The position numbers were made by a program, and so were the translations under genes. A DNA stretch of 29,066 nucleotides from a bacterium. Its GTDB lineage: Bacteria > JAHJDO01. The stretch's first letter is position 1. Each line of letters opens with the position of its first letter. The stretch lies in NCBI GenBank assembly GCA_043824255.1, contig JBDRTG010000024.1, positions 1-29,066 on the forward strand. The letters are read 5' to 3'. This document shows positions 26,814 to 29,066 of this stretch, in pieces. A model generated the notes under the pieces. That model saw nothing but the letters and a program-made list of their open reading frames with translations. It ran no database searches and was not told where the DNA came from.

Positions 26814-28769
26814 TTGATGGGAGAAAAATTGGTTTCGTCGATGGAAAATAGACAAGTAGGTCTAAAGAGTTTTATAATAGGTGCGTTGCTGTGTTTTCTC
26901 ATTCCTGTAATGGCGCACTATTCCATAGATATTGTTCATGGTTCCAACTTAGCAGTAGATTTTATGCCTGCAGGAGCAATATTCCTGTTTTTCATTCTTG
27001 TAGGTGGCATAGCAGTTATACTCAAACTAATAAGTAAGAGAATAGCCCTTAATTCATCAGAGCTTCTGGTAATATACATCATGATGCTTGTAGCCTCTTC
27101 AGTAGCAACAATGGGGCTTGGCGCGCAGCTATTTCCGATAATCACAGCGCCATTCTACTTTGCAACTCCAACAAACAGATGGGCAGAGTTGATACAACCG
27201 CATATAAAAAGTTGGATGGTGCCACAGGGCAAAGAGATAATAAGACAGTTCTATGAAGGGATGCCAAAGGGAGCGAGTATACCATGGTCAGCATGGCTCA
27301 AGCCAATATGTTTCTGGATGATATTCCTTATGGCCTTGTATATGGTAATGATAACAATAATGGTGATATTAAGAAAACAATGGGTGGAGAAGGAGAGACT
27401 GATATATCCGTTAGCGCAATTATCTATGGATATGGTGAAGGATGAAAACGGTTCTATAATAAGACCATTCTTCAAAAGCAGGATAATGTGGCTCGGATTT
27501 GCCATTCCATTCACAATCAGTTCAATAAACGCCTTTCATAGTTATTTCCATTTTATTCCTAACATACAGTTAGTGAACAGCATTCCAATATTTCGTAATA
27601 CTCTAAACATAATCTTCAGAGTAAGTTTTCCAATGATAGGGTATGCGTATTTTATCAACATGCAGTTAGCGTTCAGTTTATGGTTTTTATGCCTGTTATC
27701 AATAGTGATAAAAGGGATCTGTAACATTACAGGTTTTGGATTCAGCGAAAATCTAGGCATTTACGGAATACAAGGTTCTCCAATGTTATACCATCAGCAG
27801 GCTGGAGGAATAATAGTACTAGTATTAACAGGCTTATGGATGGCAAGAGAGCATCTTAAGAATGTATTTGGTAAAGCGTTCGGGCGAAGAAAAGATATAG
27901 ATGACACAGATGAGATACTGTCCTATAAAGCATCAATATACTTGCTCTTAACAGGTTTAATTGTAATGGGGACATGGCTATATTTCAGCGGCATGCCCCT
28001 GATAACAGTTCCTGTATTCATGTTTTTTGCTCTGGTATTATTTTTAGGCTTAACAAGGATAGTGGCGGAGGGAGGGCTGGCAGTAGCAGTAGCACCGTCA
28101 ATAGCGCCTTCTCTTGCAGTGTCAGGTTTAGGGGCATCCATATTTGGAGCTGGGGGTATGGTAAGTCTTGCGTTCACATATGTATGGGCATCAGACCTGA
28201 GAACGTTTGTAATGGCAGCAGTGGCGCACAGCCTGAAGATAATAGAGATAATAAAGGCAAACAGAAGAAAGCTTTTCTGGTTTATATTAGCGGCACTCGT
28301 AATAGGACTTGGTTCTGCATTTTGGATAGCATTGAAACTGGCTTACACGCATGGTGGGATAAACATGGAGCAATGGTTCTTTATAAGAGGACCACAACAC
28401 CCATATATCTATGCAATAGATAAGATATTGCATCCAACAGGAGTGAACTGGACAGGCTGGCTGCATACAGCAATAGGCGGAGGATTTATGGCGTTTCTGA
28501 TGTTCATGAGATACAGGCTTCTGTGGTGGCCCATACATCCTGTTGCATATCCCATAAGCGCTGTGTGGCTAATGGAGGCTCTGTGGTTCAGTATATTCAT
28601 TGCATGGATAATAAAGTCAGTACTCACACGATACGGAGGAAATAAGGTATACAAAGCTTCAAGACCGTTCTTTCTGGGACTGATCCTGGGGCAGCTGGTT
28701 GCCGCAGGACTCTGGTTTGTTATTGATCTGATAATGGGCCATACTGGAAATTACGTATTCTGGATATAA
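26814..28769 (+). CDS. Polytopic membrane protein, DUF6785/DUF6784-like (putative transporter); start uncertain (26814-26841)
   Basis: Many hydrophobic helices. Motifs ELLVIYIM, IPWSAWLKP, LRKQWVEKERLIYPL, LTRIVAEGG, WWPIHPVAY, RYGG...RPFFLGLILG. Confidence 0.8.
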   Translation: MMGEKLVSSMENRQVGLKSFIIGALLCFLIPVMAHYSIDIVHGSNLAVDFMPAGAIFLFFILVGGIAVILKLISKRIALNSSELLVIYIMMLVASSVATMGLGAQLFPIITAPFYFATPTNRWAELIQPHIKSWMVPQGKEIIRQFYEGMPKGASIPWSAWLKPICFWMIFLMALYMVMITIMVILRKQWVEKERLIYPLAQLSMDMVKDENGSIIRPFFKSRIMWLGFAIPFTISSINAFHSYFHFIPNIQLVNSIPIFRNTLNIIFRVSFPMIGYAYFINMQLAFSLWFLCLLSIVIKGICNITGFGFSENLGIYGIQGSPMLYHQQAGGIIVLVLTGLWMAREHLKNVFGKAFGRRKDIDDTDEILSYKASIYLLLTGLIVMGTWLYFSGMPLITVPVFMFFALVLFLGLTRIVAEGGLAVAVAPSIAPSLAVSGLGASIFGAGGMVSLAFTYVWASDLRTFVMAAVAHSLKIIEIIKANRRKLFWFILAALVIGLGSAFWIALKLAYTHGGINMEQWFFIRGPQHPYIYAIDKILHPTGVNWTGWLHTAIGGGFMAFLMFMRYRLLWWPIHPVAYPISAVWLMEALWFSIFIAWIIKSVLTRYGGNKVYKASRPFFLGLILGQLVAAGLWFVIDLIMGHTGNYVFWI

Positions 28770-28798
28770 CCCTGCCCCGCAAATTACTTATACACCTT

Positions 28799-28877
28799 TG
28801 GTCGGGGCGGGAGGATTTGAACCTCCGGCCTCCTGCTCCCAAGGCAGGCGCGCTAAACCAAGCTGCGCTACGCCCCG
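28799..28877 (-). tRNA. tRNA-Pro(TGG) with encoded CCA
   Basis: Reverse complement CGGGGCGTAGCGCAGCTTGGTTTAGCGCGCCTGCCTTGGGAGCAGGAGGCCGGAGGTTCAAATCCTCCCGCCCCGACCA; anticodon arm CCTGC-CTTGGGA-GCAGG; T-loop GTTCAAATC. Confidence 0.97.
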
Positions 28878-28901
28878 TATGCACTGATAAGAGACTAGCG
28901 T

Positions 28902-28930
28902 ATATTATCAAAGGCATTTACATAGGTCAA
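28902..28930 (-). promoter_or_regulatory. Putative tRNA promoter
   Basis: Minus strand TTGACC-17 nt-TAATAT, ending 24 nt before the tRNA 5' end. Confidence 0.55.
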
Positions 28931-28936
28931 TAAAAA

Positions 28937-29066
28937 TGTCAAGCCAAAATAGAAATGTCCTATTCTTACCAAAGTAGAAATGTCCTATTTTGTTAAGATT
29001 AGTAGTAGTAAGTTTTTCTTTTTGATCAAACTTTTTCTTTTTGTTAATTCTGTGCATATTGTGGAT
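28937..29066 (-). mobile_element. Terminus of an IS1202/ISNCY-like insertion sequence extending beyond the window
   Basis: Terminal TGTCAAGCC followed by two exact copies of TAGAAATGTCCTATT (28950-28964, 28975-28989), the layout of repeated transposase-binding sites. No recognisable transposase core in the window. Confidence 0.7.

Noticed and set aside
1334..28654. Remaining short alternative-frame and antisense ORFs in the track
   Set aside because: They overlap longer motif-supported genes and show no RBS or family signature.
28799..28877. tRNA-Pro as integration site of the whole cluster
   Set aside because: No integrase seen, and I found no duplicated tRNA 3' end within the window. It cannot be excluded beyond the left edge.
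28720..28917. 65-aa minus-strand ORF
   Set aside because: It is a translation through the tRNA-Pro gene.
28950..28989. Repeat pair as CRISPR or iteron
   Set aside because: Only two 15-bp copies with a 10-bp gap next to a TGT terminus, no cas or rep gene; it fits an IS end better.

Overview
AT-rich bacterial DNA, standard code 11; gene content suggests a PVC-superphylum-like organism (inference). About 26 kb (1-26349) is a co-directional + strand catabolic cluster. It holds the 3' end of an H-X9-DG/DUF1559 prepilin-like gene, a secreted CBM+GH42-like protein, a heparinase II/III-like plus FG-GAP propeller protein, two clan GH-D-like hydrolases, two M55 metallo-amidohydrolases, two URO-D/methyltransferase-fold proteins (one fused in frame to a GH130), a ceramidase-like protein, three Gfo/Idh/MocA and two Zn-less MDR oxidoreductases, a TIM-barrel isomerase and an enolase-superfamily enzyme. 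After it come a DUF4870-like gene (-), a DUF6785/6784-like membrane protein (+), tRNA-Pro(TGG) (-) and an IS1202/ISNCY-like end. The most striking signal lies at gene junctions. The spacers contain collapsed gene remnants: a GH130 copy cut to 52 aa by two in-frame microhomology deletions, a RAYT transposase scrap and an H-X9-DG scrap. Unrelated genes also share near-identical 3' ends or stop+RBS units, which points to microhomology-driven shuffling of gene modules. Family assignments come from motif recognition by eye, not database searches.
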